Below, in pieces: positions 53,418 to 64,000 of a stretch of 64,000 nt of DNA (position 1 is its first letter; each line of letters starts with the position of its first letter). The position numbers and the translations under genes were made by a program. A model generated the notes under the pieces. That model worked only from the letters and a program-made list of their open reading frames with translations. It was not told where the DNA came from and searched no databases. Origin of the DNA: Hypanus sabinus (lineage: Eukaryota); assembly GCF_030144855.1 (NCBI RefSeq), contig NW_026781614.1, positions 1 to 64,000 of the forward strand, read 5' to 3'.

Positions 53418-54337
53418 TGAACTTAGTCGCGATTGTGATTCTCTCCCGGGGAAAGTGTGGCCTCTCTACCTGCACCACTCGTTACCTGGTGGCCATGGCA
53501 GCGGGGGATCTATTGACCATTGTAATCGAGGTTATTTTGCGTCAAATCATTTACAGGTATAATTATCATTCGTGGATTTTTCTGAACATTACCCCTGTGT
53601 GCAGGGTTGTCGAAGTACTGAGGCAGACAGCCACCTACTATTCTGTCTGGTTCACCGTGACCTTCACTTTTGATCGGTTTGTCGCCATCTGCTGTCAGAA
53701 GCTGAAAACAAAATATTGCACCGGGGAAACTGCGGCTGTGGTTCTCACGACAACCGGCGTGCTGTCCTTTCTGAGAAGAGTTCCCCGCTACTTCCTCTGG
53801 GAACCCAGACAGATAGTCAACAATGTACCATGGTTCTGTGAACTCAGGGCTAACATTTTCACTGACCTCGGGTGGGTAGTATACGATTGGCTCGATATAG
53901 TTTTAAATCCGTTCATCCCTTTCGTTGTGATTCTGCTGCTCAACGCTCTGACGGTCAGGCACATTGTTGTGGCCAGTCGTGTCCGTAAGGGGCTGAAGGG
54001 TCAGAGCAAGGGGGAGAACAACAGGGACCCGGAGATGGAAAACCGGAGGAGGTCTGTGGTTTTACTCTTCACCCTCTCCGGCAGCTTCATCCTCCTGTGG
54101 CTGACGTGGGTGTTAAATTTCATGTATTATGAGATCTCAGGGTTACGATTCAATTTCAATGATTCTGAATGGATCTTTCACCGCGTCGGAGTCTTGCTGA
54201 AGAATTTCAGCTGCTGCACGAACACATTTATTTATGCGGTCACTCAGTCGAAATTCAGGGAGCAGGTGATCAGCGCGGTGAAATATCCGATCACCTCGGT
54301 GTGTCAGTTCATTACTCCGGCCGCGCACGGAGAATAA
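53418..54337 (+). CDS. Locus E exon 2: GPR139-like GPCR (331 aa total)
   Basis: ctctgcag|TGAAC just after an N gap. Intact frame with DRF and TNTFIY; ends AAHGE*. Confidence 0.9.
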
Positions 54338-54767
54338 CGCCGACGCGACCACAGCGTCTGCAGTCCGGGTATTCCTGACATTCACCGCTTGATCTCCCAA
54401 CTGTTAATCCCGGGCGGATTGTCCGGGATCAGTGCACAGTCACTGTAAACGCGTTGGATCTTGTGAAGAACACGTTGCCGAGTCGTTTCAAGTGTTGACG
54501 AAAATCCGCAGACTTGTAATTCCATTACGAAGAAACCTTAAAACCAATCGGCTTGCACTGTCCTCATTCCGTCGGGCAGGCGCCGTCTCTCAGACTGAAC
54601 ACACAATGGCGGTGTTTGTGCATTCTGTCGAGCGGTTTCGAGTAGGAAGAGTGTGTGTCCTTGGTCACCCTTTACAGTACCTGGCAATTGCATCGTGACA
54701 GGGGGACCTGTGGTAGGGCAGAGAAGATTCAGCGTTGCATGACCCTGAGTTTTGGGATCAGTTCCGA

Positions 54768-55182
54768 GTCACTGTCCAGTCTCCTCCTGTCCCGAGCGCT
54801 CCAGTCCCGGCCACAACAGTCCTGACCGCTCACTGCGCCTTCCTACGTCAGTCACTGTCCAGTCTCCTCCTGTCCCGAGCGCTCCAGTCCCGTCCACAAC
54901 AGTCCTGACCGCTTACTGCGCCTTCCTACGTCAGTCACTGTCCAGTCTCCTCCTGTCCCGAGCGCTCCAGTCCCGTCCACAACAGTCCTGACCGCTCACT
55001 GCACCTTCCTACGTCAGTCACTGTCCAGTCTCCTCCTGTCCCGAGAGCTCCAGTCCCGGCCACAACAGTCCTGACCGCTAACTGCACCTTCCTACGTCAG
55101 TCACTGTCCAGTCTCCTCCTGTCCCGAGAGCTCCAGTCCGGGCCACAACAGTCCTGATTGCTCACTGCACCTTCCTACGTCA
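54768..55182 (+). repeat. 83-bp minisatellite, 5 copies
   Basis: GTCACTGTCCAGT at 54768, 54851, 54934, 55017 and 55100. Confidence 0.95.
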
Positions 55183-55619
55183 ATCACGTCCTTCCTGAGA
55201 AGGTCGAACGGAGATGCAGACAGTACTGCAGCTTGGTCATTCCGGTTCAGCACGGGAACAGGCCCGCTTCCTCACCGTGTTGTCCTGAACCAATGGAAGT
55301 GGAGATTTCATGCCTCACTGATTCCAATTCCATCTGCCGGCACAAGGGTCACATACCTCGATTGTCCGCCCACACATGTGGTACCAAATAGCCTCGATCA
55401 CGTCTGCAAAATTCCAGACACACATCACCGTCAGTGTGGAAAAAACATCTAGAAACACACCTCTCTTTTAAACATCCGGAGTCTGGTTCAACATGACTGT
55501 CTTCTATAATACTGATCTCTTTTTCAGTTGCAGAGCAGGGCAAAGATACAGGGTTACAGGAAAATACAAAATAAATACATTGTTTTAAAATCACTAATCA
55601 GGCAGTATTTTCTCTTTAA

Positions 55620-57600
55620 TTACATCCTCTCTGGGTTTGGATATTTCCTCCTGTGTACATCATGATAAAGTTTCCCTGGAATCTCTCAACCCTACTGATA
55701 TCTTTCTTGTGGATCTGCGACCAGAGCCCCACACGGTAGGAAATGGATGAGGCAATTAAGAGAGACTTCAGAGCTAAAGGAGGCGTGAGCAGGTTTGTGT
55801 GCAGTTATACAACTGGAACGTAACATCATGATCTATGTTCTCAGTTCTTTGACTGTATGAATGGCCGTGTGCCAAGATCTTTCCGTACGACCCTCTCTAC
55901 AGCCTTCTCTAATAATTATGGAAATGTCATCTCATATGCCTCGGTCCCACGCGCACCCCTCATTTCCCTGCCATTCACTGTGTCAGACCTCCACTGGTCG
56001 GTCTTCCCATAATGCAAAACCTCCAAAGTAAGTGTTTGTTCGGCACAGCATTGAGGGCCGAAGGGCCTGTTTTGTGCTGTACATTCTCTACGTATCTACC
56101 GCACCCTTGTCTGCATTAAATTCCACCCGCCACGCTCCAGGCCATGTTTTTTTTCAAACTGGTCCACACATGCTACAAGGTTTGATAACCGACTTCGCTG
56201 TTCGCTGCGCTCGGAATCCGGGTATATCTGCACATCCCGTAAACTATATTACCAATGAAATCGAGATCTGTAGATATCCTGACCCTCAGAACGCCTTTCA
56301 ACAATTTAACCACGACTGACGTCAGGCTCACCAGCCTCTGGCTTCCCTGCTCCTTCCTGGAGAATTTCCTGAACATCGAAACAACATTAGCCATCCTTCC
56401 AGCACCTTACCCTTGGGATCTGAACTATCTCTGCCGTCGCCCCTGCAATTTCCTCACTAGCCGCTCACAAATGCCGAGGTGACATCCTGTCAGGAACCGG
56501 CATCTATCTGCCAGGACGCCTCAAGTCAGCAAACGTCTCCTCATAGTACATAGTACACAGAACAGTATCGTTCAGGGACAGGCCCCATGGCCCACGGCGT
56601 TGTGCCGAAGCAGCAAAATTATAAATAAATAACTCAGGAATGAATTCCTCCTACACGCACAAAGTCCATAGCTGACGTTCATTATATTCATGCGCCTATT
56701 CAAAACGTCTCTTAAAAGCCTCTAATGCAGTTGCCTCTACCACCATACCGGGCACCGTACTCTCTGAATAAAAAAGCTTTAACCCTCACATCCCCTTTCA
56801 ACCTATCCCCTCTCACCTTCCCGGCATGCCCTCTGGTATCAGAGAGTTCTACCCTGGGATAGAGATCCAACTTTCTGCTGCATCTTTGCTTCCTGCAATC
56901 TTATAAACCTCTATCAGTTCTCGCTGCTCCGAAGGAAACAACAAGTTTGCCCAGCTTCCAAAGATAGCACACGACCCTCTAAACCAGGCTCCAAACCTCG
57001 TCGGCACCGTCGCCAAAGCCTCAGGGTCGTTTCTATTCTGTGGTGAGCATTCCCCATAATCTGTATCGTGCACGACCTCACTACTGTTTTCACCCATTTT
57101 GTACAGGTGTCTGTCTCCCAAGCAAAGAGAGACGCAACAAGTCTCTAACACCTTCCCCGTCTGTTTTGGCTCCATCCGTAGCTGACCACTATGATCGCTA
57201 CGATTCTCGTCCTTTGCGTTCACCTTGATCTTCATGTGACTCTCGAATCTCCGGGGTATGTCCTTTAACCAGTGTGCGCGGGAAAGCTCAAGCCTTCTCT
57301 CGCTCTAATTTCTCTCTTAATTGCTTCATGCATTTCCTATATGTCTCAAGTGACTCATTTGGTCCCAACTGGACATGCGTCCCCTTACTTCTTCTTAACC
57401 AGGGCCTTAACATCCCTCGAAGATCCGAATTCGTCAAAACCTTTGATTCTAACAGGAGCATAACGTACTGTGTACGTTCAATCTTTCACTCTTGTAAGTT
57501 TCGCGGCTGAGCATCTAAATCCAATCCACACTGGCCTGACCTCTTCTGATTTCAGTCAGGTTTTTGACAAAGTACCGCATGGAAGGGACATCCAGAAATT
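55620..57600 (-). mobile_element. Mosaic of old CR1 fragments, mostly - strand
   Basis: MANVV..RLVSLTSVVVKLL motif and CR1 tail remnants. Confidence 0.6.
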
Positions 57601-57689
57601 TTAGTCAGCCGATTGTAATTAAAAAAAAAACACTAGAAGGTAAATAAAACGCTATAAGGGTAAATATGAAATATGAAGGAAAGCTAGCC

Positions 57690-58216
57690 AACAATAACTT
57701 GGAGTACCATGCTCAGTTTTGGTCGCCTATCTACAGGAAGGATGTGGAAGCCACAGAAAGGGTGCAGAGGAGATTTACAAAGATATTCCCTGGATGGGGA
57801 GCATGCCTTATGAGAATAGGTTGAGTGAACTCGGCCTTTTCTCTTGGAGAGAAGCAGGATGAGAGGTGACCTGATAGACGTGTATAAGATGATCAGAGGA
57901 CTTTGATCGTGTGGATAGTCAGAGGCTTTTTCCCAGGACTGAAATGGCTGCCACACGAGGGCACAGGTTTAAGGTACTGGGGCGTAGGTACAGAGGAGTA
58001 TGATTGTTACGCAGAGAGAAGTGAGTGCGTGGAATGGACTGCTGGCATCGGTGGTGGAGGTGGATACGATAGGGTACTTTAAGAGGCTTTTTGGTAGGTA
58101 CATGGAGCTTACTAAAATGTGGATAAGCCTAGTAATTTCTAAGGTAGGGACGTGTTCGGCATAACTTTGCGGGTGGAGTGGCCTGTACTGTGCTGTAGGT
58201 TTTCTATATTTCTATT
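57690..58216 (+). mobile_element. CR1 3' fragment
   Basis: LEY..FWSP remnant and (TTTCTAT)n tail. Confidence 0.85.
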
Positions 58217-58261
58217 TTTTTAACAATATTGAGGAGTCTAACAAAAGGTTTTTCAGATCTA

Positions 58262-60290
58262 TGTAACGGCCTCGATAAGACACATGTTCTACGGCTAATG
58301 CTGTCGGGCATTTCATTTTGTAGTTTTGTGTAGAAAGGTGTGTTCTGCTGGAAATGTTTGGGTTTCAGTTAAATACAAGAGGACTGTGATATTCAACTTA
58401 GGAATGGTGTGTCAGCCAATCAGGTTGGTGAAAAGGGAGAAGACTCTAGAGATCGAATGGTAAGTTTCGGGAGTTTTAACGGGAGCTAGAGAGAGGGGAA
58501 ACCTCATGGGAGGATCCTCCAGAAGTTTAAGCTGTAAAGGATCCACAGTGAGTTGGCGTTTTGGATTCAGAATTGGATCCTCGTCGAGGACAATGGATAG
58601 CAGTGGATGGAATTTATTCCAGCTGAAATTCCGGAACGGGAGGTGTTTCACAGGGACCCGTAATGGGCCAGCGTGTGAAGTGCTGCAGTTTGGGAGGCCA
58701 AAAGCAAAGGGACAAGTTACTCTGGATGGAAAGCCGTTGAACAATTTTGTTGAGCCGACAGATTTTGGGGACCGAGTCCATATCTCAGTCAAAGTGGCTG
58801 AAAATGTCGAAAGGGCGGCGACAGAATGCTTATGACATGCTTGTCCGCATCATTTGAGGAACTGATTTCTGGCGTCGCGATGTTATAAGAGCATAAGATG
58901 TAGGAGCGGAATGTGACTTGTTAGCTCATCGATCTTGTTCCGCCATTTCATCGTGGCTGATCCAATTTTCCTCTCAGCCCCAATCTCCGGCCTTCTCCCC
59001 GTATCCCTTCATGTCCTGACTAGTTAAAATCAATCAGCTGCTGCCTTAAATATACATAAAGACTTGACCTGTACAGCTGTCTTAGGTAACAAATTACACA
59101 GATTCACCATTCACTGAGGCAAGAGGTTCCTCGCCGTCTCAGTTCAAGCAGGACGCCCCTCTATTCTGAGAGTGTGCGCTTTGTTCTGAGACTCTCCCTC
59201 CATTGGCAGCATCCCCTCCGTCCACTCTATATAGGCGTTTCACACCGCATTCTTCTGAATTCCAGTGAATTCAGGCCATCAAACCCTCTTCATACGACAA
59301 GTCATTCAATCCGGGAATCACTAAAGCGAACCTCCTTTGAACCCTCTCTAATTTCAGCATCTCATTTCTAACAGAATGAGTCTAAAGCTGTTCACAATGC
59401 TCCACGTGAGGCTTCACCAGTGTTTTATTCAGAGTCAACTGTAATATTTGCAGCGCCCTCCCTGAAAGAAAATTGATGACGCCGCCTCACCCCTATTTAC
59501 TGGGAGGAGCTCAAGTGGATCACGTGACCCACCTGAGACTGACTGAGAGGTGTTTAATGCTGGTGCCTGATTTATCAGTTTGTCAGTCTTGATACTCACA
59601 CTACCGGTTAGAATCAACTATCAGCGTCAGTCTTTTTGCTGTGCCAGTTTGTAAAGCGACTTACCCAGGGTAAAGCCTGTGGAAACATTCAGCTTGTTTT
59701 GTAGACTGACTTGCCTGATTCCCTCCTGAAGCCCTGGATCTTGTGAAGCAGTTTAAGTGCAGCCTTGTGTTATATTCTCTGTGAACCCGTTGCCCGTATA
59801 TTATAGTTTGCATCCGAACAGGAGAATGTGCGAAAACCAACGCTGTCACTGTCTCTGCAGTTATACTCATACCCACTTGCATCTTGACATCAGCATTATC
59901 TGATTGCCTTCATATTCAATTGACTGATATGAATGATAACGTTGTTTTTGCTTTCCTTACCACCGATTCCGCCCGCAAATTGTCTGTTAAGGCATCCTGG
60001 ACAAGGACTCCCACGTCTCCATCGTCTGAAGTTTTAGGATTTTCTCTGCCTTTAGACAATAACCAGTCCTTTCATTTCTTCTACCAAAGTGCATGGCCAC
60101 ACACTTCCCGACACTGTATTCCAACGGTCAATCCTTCGCCCATTCTCCAAATCTGACTCACCTTCTGAACCCTTTCTGATTCCTTCAACCTGCCCTCCCC
60201 TCCATTTGCCTTCATATCATCTGCAATGTTTTCAACAAAGCCATCAATTCCAGCATCCAAATCATTGACATATAACGTCCGAGCTGATGC
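58262..60290. mobile_element. Nested TE fragments (LTR-like start at 58262, CR1 pieces on both strands)
   Basis: TGTAAC start with CCAAT; CEVLQFGR; CATAAG tail at ~58890. Confidence 0.5.
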
Positions 60291-61454
60291 ACAAACGGGA
60301 AGGAGACAAAGAATTACGTATAACTTTGCTTTTCTTTAGCGTTCTCTGACTGGAGCCGCGAGGATCTGAAGCCTTAAGATCACCACCGTGACTCTGCCGA
60401 CTCAGGCGACGGTCGGGTCTGCAGCACACTTGTAGGCGGCTGCATATTAAATGTCTAGCGAGGCCGTGTCTGGAAACCGAACCCAGTCTGGTCCCCCGCT
60501 GTTGGAAAGATGCTGCTGCAGAGAAGTTTCAGAGGTTTACCAGGGCGCTGCTTGCATTAGCGGGCGTGACTCATCAGGAGAGGGTGGACAACGTGGGTTG
60601 TGTCCTATGGGTTGGCGGAGGCTGGGTGGAGAGCTGATTGAAGCTTATCAGCGTCTGAGGGGCCTAGATAAAGTAGACGGCCGGTACTGTCTCTTTCCGG
60701 TGTGGAAACTTCTGATCCCGGATGACTAAAATGATAACGGCTGATTTCAAAGTAGATGTGCGGGTGATCTTTTCTTTCACACGGGGAGCGCTTGGGTGCC
60801 GGCAATCTACAAGCTGCAATGGCGGTGGAGGCAATTATAGTAAAGGACTGCCAGATGTTCTCAGAAAGGGATATGCAGGAACAGGGCGGATATGGACACC
60901 TGCAGGCGGTAGGAATTGGTTTACTGGGGCATCTTATCACCAGTTTAATTACTGTGCTCATCTGGTCCATGTTCCTGGTTCTGAAATATCCTGTCTTCGG
61001 TACATCCAACTGGCAGCTCGTCCCATATATGTACCACCCTCTGGGTAAAAAGGTTGCCCCTCGGGTATGCTTTAGATCTTTAAATTGGGTACAGTTAAAC
61101 CTCTCACTTTTAGCATACTGTATCTCTTGTGGCTTTGTTGCTCCAATTCCAGAGAAAATACAGCGCACATGCACCAGAACTTTGTCCGTCACATTCAGGA
61201 AGGTATCACAGCCTATAAGGTTAGACAAAGCCTAACGGATTGACATTAGACTGGTCGGATGATGAGAAAGGTTATTGAAGAATCATTATGTGAAAAGTAA
61301 AGGCAAGCACAGCATCAGTAATGTTACAGTCAGTGGGAATCAGCAGAACGCTGTGTAACAAATGCAGTTACGGAACGGAGCGGGACATCTTCACGGAGTT
61401 ACTGTGGGTCAACGAAAGGACCCTCCTGGAGAGATGCTCTCCGCCGGCGAGGGG

Positions 61455-61665
61455 AGCGCTGACGTCACTCCCTCTGGGGAGGGGGTGTTCTGTTGTGGAA
61501 TGTGAATGAAGGAGCTTCATGATCCAGCTGCTTAGTCCATCAGCTGGTGAACAGGTGGCACCGGAGCGGAACATCAACCCTTGTGTGTTCATTGGCTGTA
61601 AGTAACGTCATTCATTGCACAACCCGCCGACCCGTGACGGAGAATTCGTGTTCCCTATAAATTAG
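61455..61665 (+). promoter_or_regulatory. Putative promoter of locus F
   Basis: TGACGTCA at 61460-61467, inverted CCAAT (ATTGG) at 61591, GTAACGTCA at ~61602, TATAAA at 61656-61661. Confidence 0.55.
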
Positions 61666-61734
61666 CAGGGTATCGTGGTCCGAGTCACACGCTGATGTGA
61701 ACTGCACAACAGGAGATAATTCAAGCAATCGAAC

Positions 61735-63915
61735 ATGAATCGACCGGCGATCCTACAGGTGAAAGACGTTTGTTACCCTGTTCTAGCGGTGTTTGGTTTA
61801 CCCGGTAAGTCGTATTAATACATTGTCTAACAGCTATTGGCCTTCGGCAGGACACTGTTATTTTTTATGAAGTATGATCCGAAGATGCGCCGCAATGTGT
61901 CCATTGTACAAGCTGCTCAATAGTCGCTGTATCGTTCCCTGTCCACACGGCCGGTGAGGAGACTTTCCTCTGGACACAGGAGGCCGTCTCCCCATGTCCG
62001 GTGCAAAGGGAACGGAGGGATGCCATCGCTGAAATAGCAGTAGTGTTTCGCTCAGGAGGTAATGTATTTTTCATCGTGCCTGTTGGAGAATAAAAGTGTA
62101 CTACTACAGATGAAGTGGCCATTCGGCCCGCCATGTCAACCTGAACCTCTGCGGTCCTATCTACCGGCACCTGACTAATATTCCTCTACCTCCCTCCCAC
62201 CATGGCCCTTTACAAGCTTATCTTACGTGGTACAACAGATCCCGCACCGTCCGCTCCGCGGGGAGCTGTTTCCACACTCGCAGCAACGTCAGAGTAAATA
62301 ACCTCTCTCAGATTACCCCCGAAGTATTTCAACTTCGACGCGAATCCTATGATCGTTCAAAATAGTCTCACACAACCTGAGGGGAAAAGGCTGAAATGCA
62401 TTTACCCCAATTATACCCCTAATGTATACAAAGATTTCTCATTCCCGTCAGTATCCTTATAAATATTTTGAACTCTGTCACGAATTTTGTTATAATTCCC
62501 GTAACAAGGTGAGTAGAAATTTAAACAATAATACGAATTCGGCTTCAATTACGTATTGTACACCTCCAGCTCAATAACTCCACCCCAGTGCTCAAAGTCC
62601 TGATTTGTGATGGCCGATGTGCAAATTGATCTCTGTGCCACCCGGTTTTCCCAGTGTTTTACTTTAAATGAATGACGGGTCTGTATTTACAGCTCCGTTT
62701 CTTTTATGCGGAGAACCTCACAGCCTACCATTCACCATGCAATGGTAACCTGGTTTACCCTCCTACAGGGCAGCACATTACCCAGGCTCCCAGTAAATTA
62801 CACGTGCTGTTTCTCTGCCCGTTTCCAGCCGGTGAAGATCACACTGTGAAGTACCTTTCCGTCCTGCCTCTGCTCACTCTCAGACCACCGGACTAAACAG
62901 AAATACATCCGAACATATTTCAGAAATAAGTTGTAAAATTCTCCTGTCATCCTCCTTTAATGACGTCTTTATCTGTTGTCTCTTTTTTTCTGTTGCAGCT
63001 AATTTGTTAACAATTATTATTCTTAATAATAAGAATAATATTTTTCCCGGGGAAAATGCGGTCTTTCCAAATGCATCTCTGCCTTCATGACGATGATGGC
63101 TGTGTCAGATCTATCGGTCATTCTCATCAATGTCTTTGTATTTGAGATTTTAATATTCCGCCTGTCAAGTTCATTTCTGCATTATACGGAAGTCCTTAAA
63201 GCCACGATCTACGTGCTGGCGGTCACTCTGGAACTATCACGGTGGTACACGGTGGCCTTCACCTGTGATCGATATGTTGCCATATGTTGTCAGAAGTTTA
63301 AATATTTCGTGGGGTGTCCGCCCGAAATTGGACATCTTCAACTCTCCAATGTTCGTCGCGCTCAGCAGATTCAAAACCTTTCAAAACCTGCTGTGCGCAT
63401 TTGGTTTAATACTTCTATGTAATGGGATGACTGCCAGGCATATCTTCGTGACCAGCAAATCCCGGCGTGGCTTCCGAACCCATAAGAGTAAGATTGAACG
63501 TGACCCGGAAATGGAGAACAGGAAAAAGGGCATCATATTACTGTTCTGTATATCGGGCAGCTTTATACTATTTTGGCTGCCGTCGGCAGTGACCAATTTT
63601 ATCGCCAGCCTAAACATGTATTTTGATCACGACTATTACTCTGCCCGATACATCGCTGCTCAAACCGGGACTCTGCTCACATACATGAGTTCTTCTACAA
63701 ACACGTGTATTTATGCAGCAACCCAAACCAACTTCAGGGCAGAGTTGAAAACGTTGATACTGTCTCCTTGGACGCTTATCCGGGAATTGATCAAGAGAAA
63801 TGTCAGATCACCTAAGGCTTTCTCCCATGAGCAGAACTCAGTTCCAGCTCGCACACGTCTTACAACAGGCAACATTTTGTTGAAGATCCGCGCTTTTAGT
63901 TCGAGAATAAGATAA
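61735..63915 (+). pseudogene. Locus F: GPR139-like pseudogene (exon 1 61735-61804, exon 2 62999-63915)
   Basis: Exon 1 MNRPAILQVKDVCYPVLAVFGLP+G|gtaag, acceptor tgttgcag|CTAAT. A 20-bp insertion (63025-63044) gives TGA at 63088. A second lesion at ~63305 removes about 38 codons (ICL2-TM4) and shifts frame. Confidence 0.88.
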
Positions 63916-64000
63916 AAATTATCATTTAAAACATTCCGATGCTGGTAACTGAAAGTGTCTCATTCGTATCTGATAAGAATTAGCTCGAGGTAGGAATAGA

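Noticed and set aside
51212-55182. CRISPR-like arrays
   Set aside because: Head-to-tail repeats without unique spacers, vertebrate context, no cas genes.
63001-63915. Compensating frameshifts restoring F
   Set aside because: The first and last segments share a frame, but TGA at 63088 intervenes and TM4 is deleted.

Overview
Eukaryotic genomic DNA, very probably from a cartilaginous fish (ray or shark; inferred from the CR1 LINE tails and the receptor type). It is TE-dense and has three short N gaps. The core of the window is a tandem cluster of six class-A GPCR loci of the GPR139/GPR142-like type. Each is built from a 70-76 bp exon 1 ending G-x-P-G|gt (phase 1, inside TM1) and a ~910-940 bp exon 2. 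Locus A (- strand, 3849-5634, 335 aa, divergent), locus B (19596-21992, 327 aa) and locus E (52213-54337, 331 aa) look intact. Locus C (33250-35282) has a mutated splice acceptor. Locus D (40329-41236) is an intact exon 2 with no exon 1 of its own. Locus F (61735-63915) is a frameshifted pseudogene. B, C, D and E lie in duplicated cassettes that share intron and 3' modules (B, C and E also share a promoter module). Among paralogs, amino-acid differences concentrate on the extracellular, ligand-facing side, while intracellular loops are nearly invariant. This is the pattern of a birth-and-death sensory receptor repertoire. The rest is CR1 LINEs, one L1-like element, Gypsy LTR and internal fragments, and several locally born minisatellites. 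TE boundaries are approximate.
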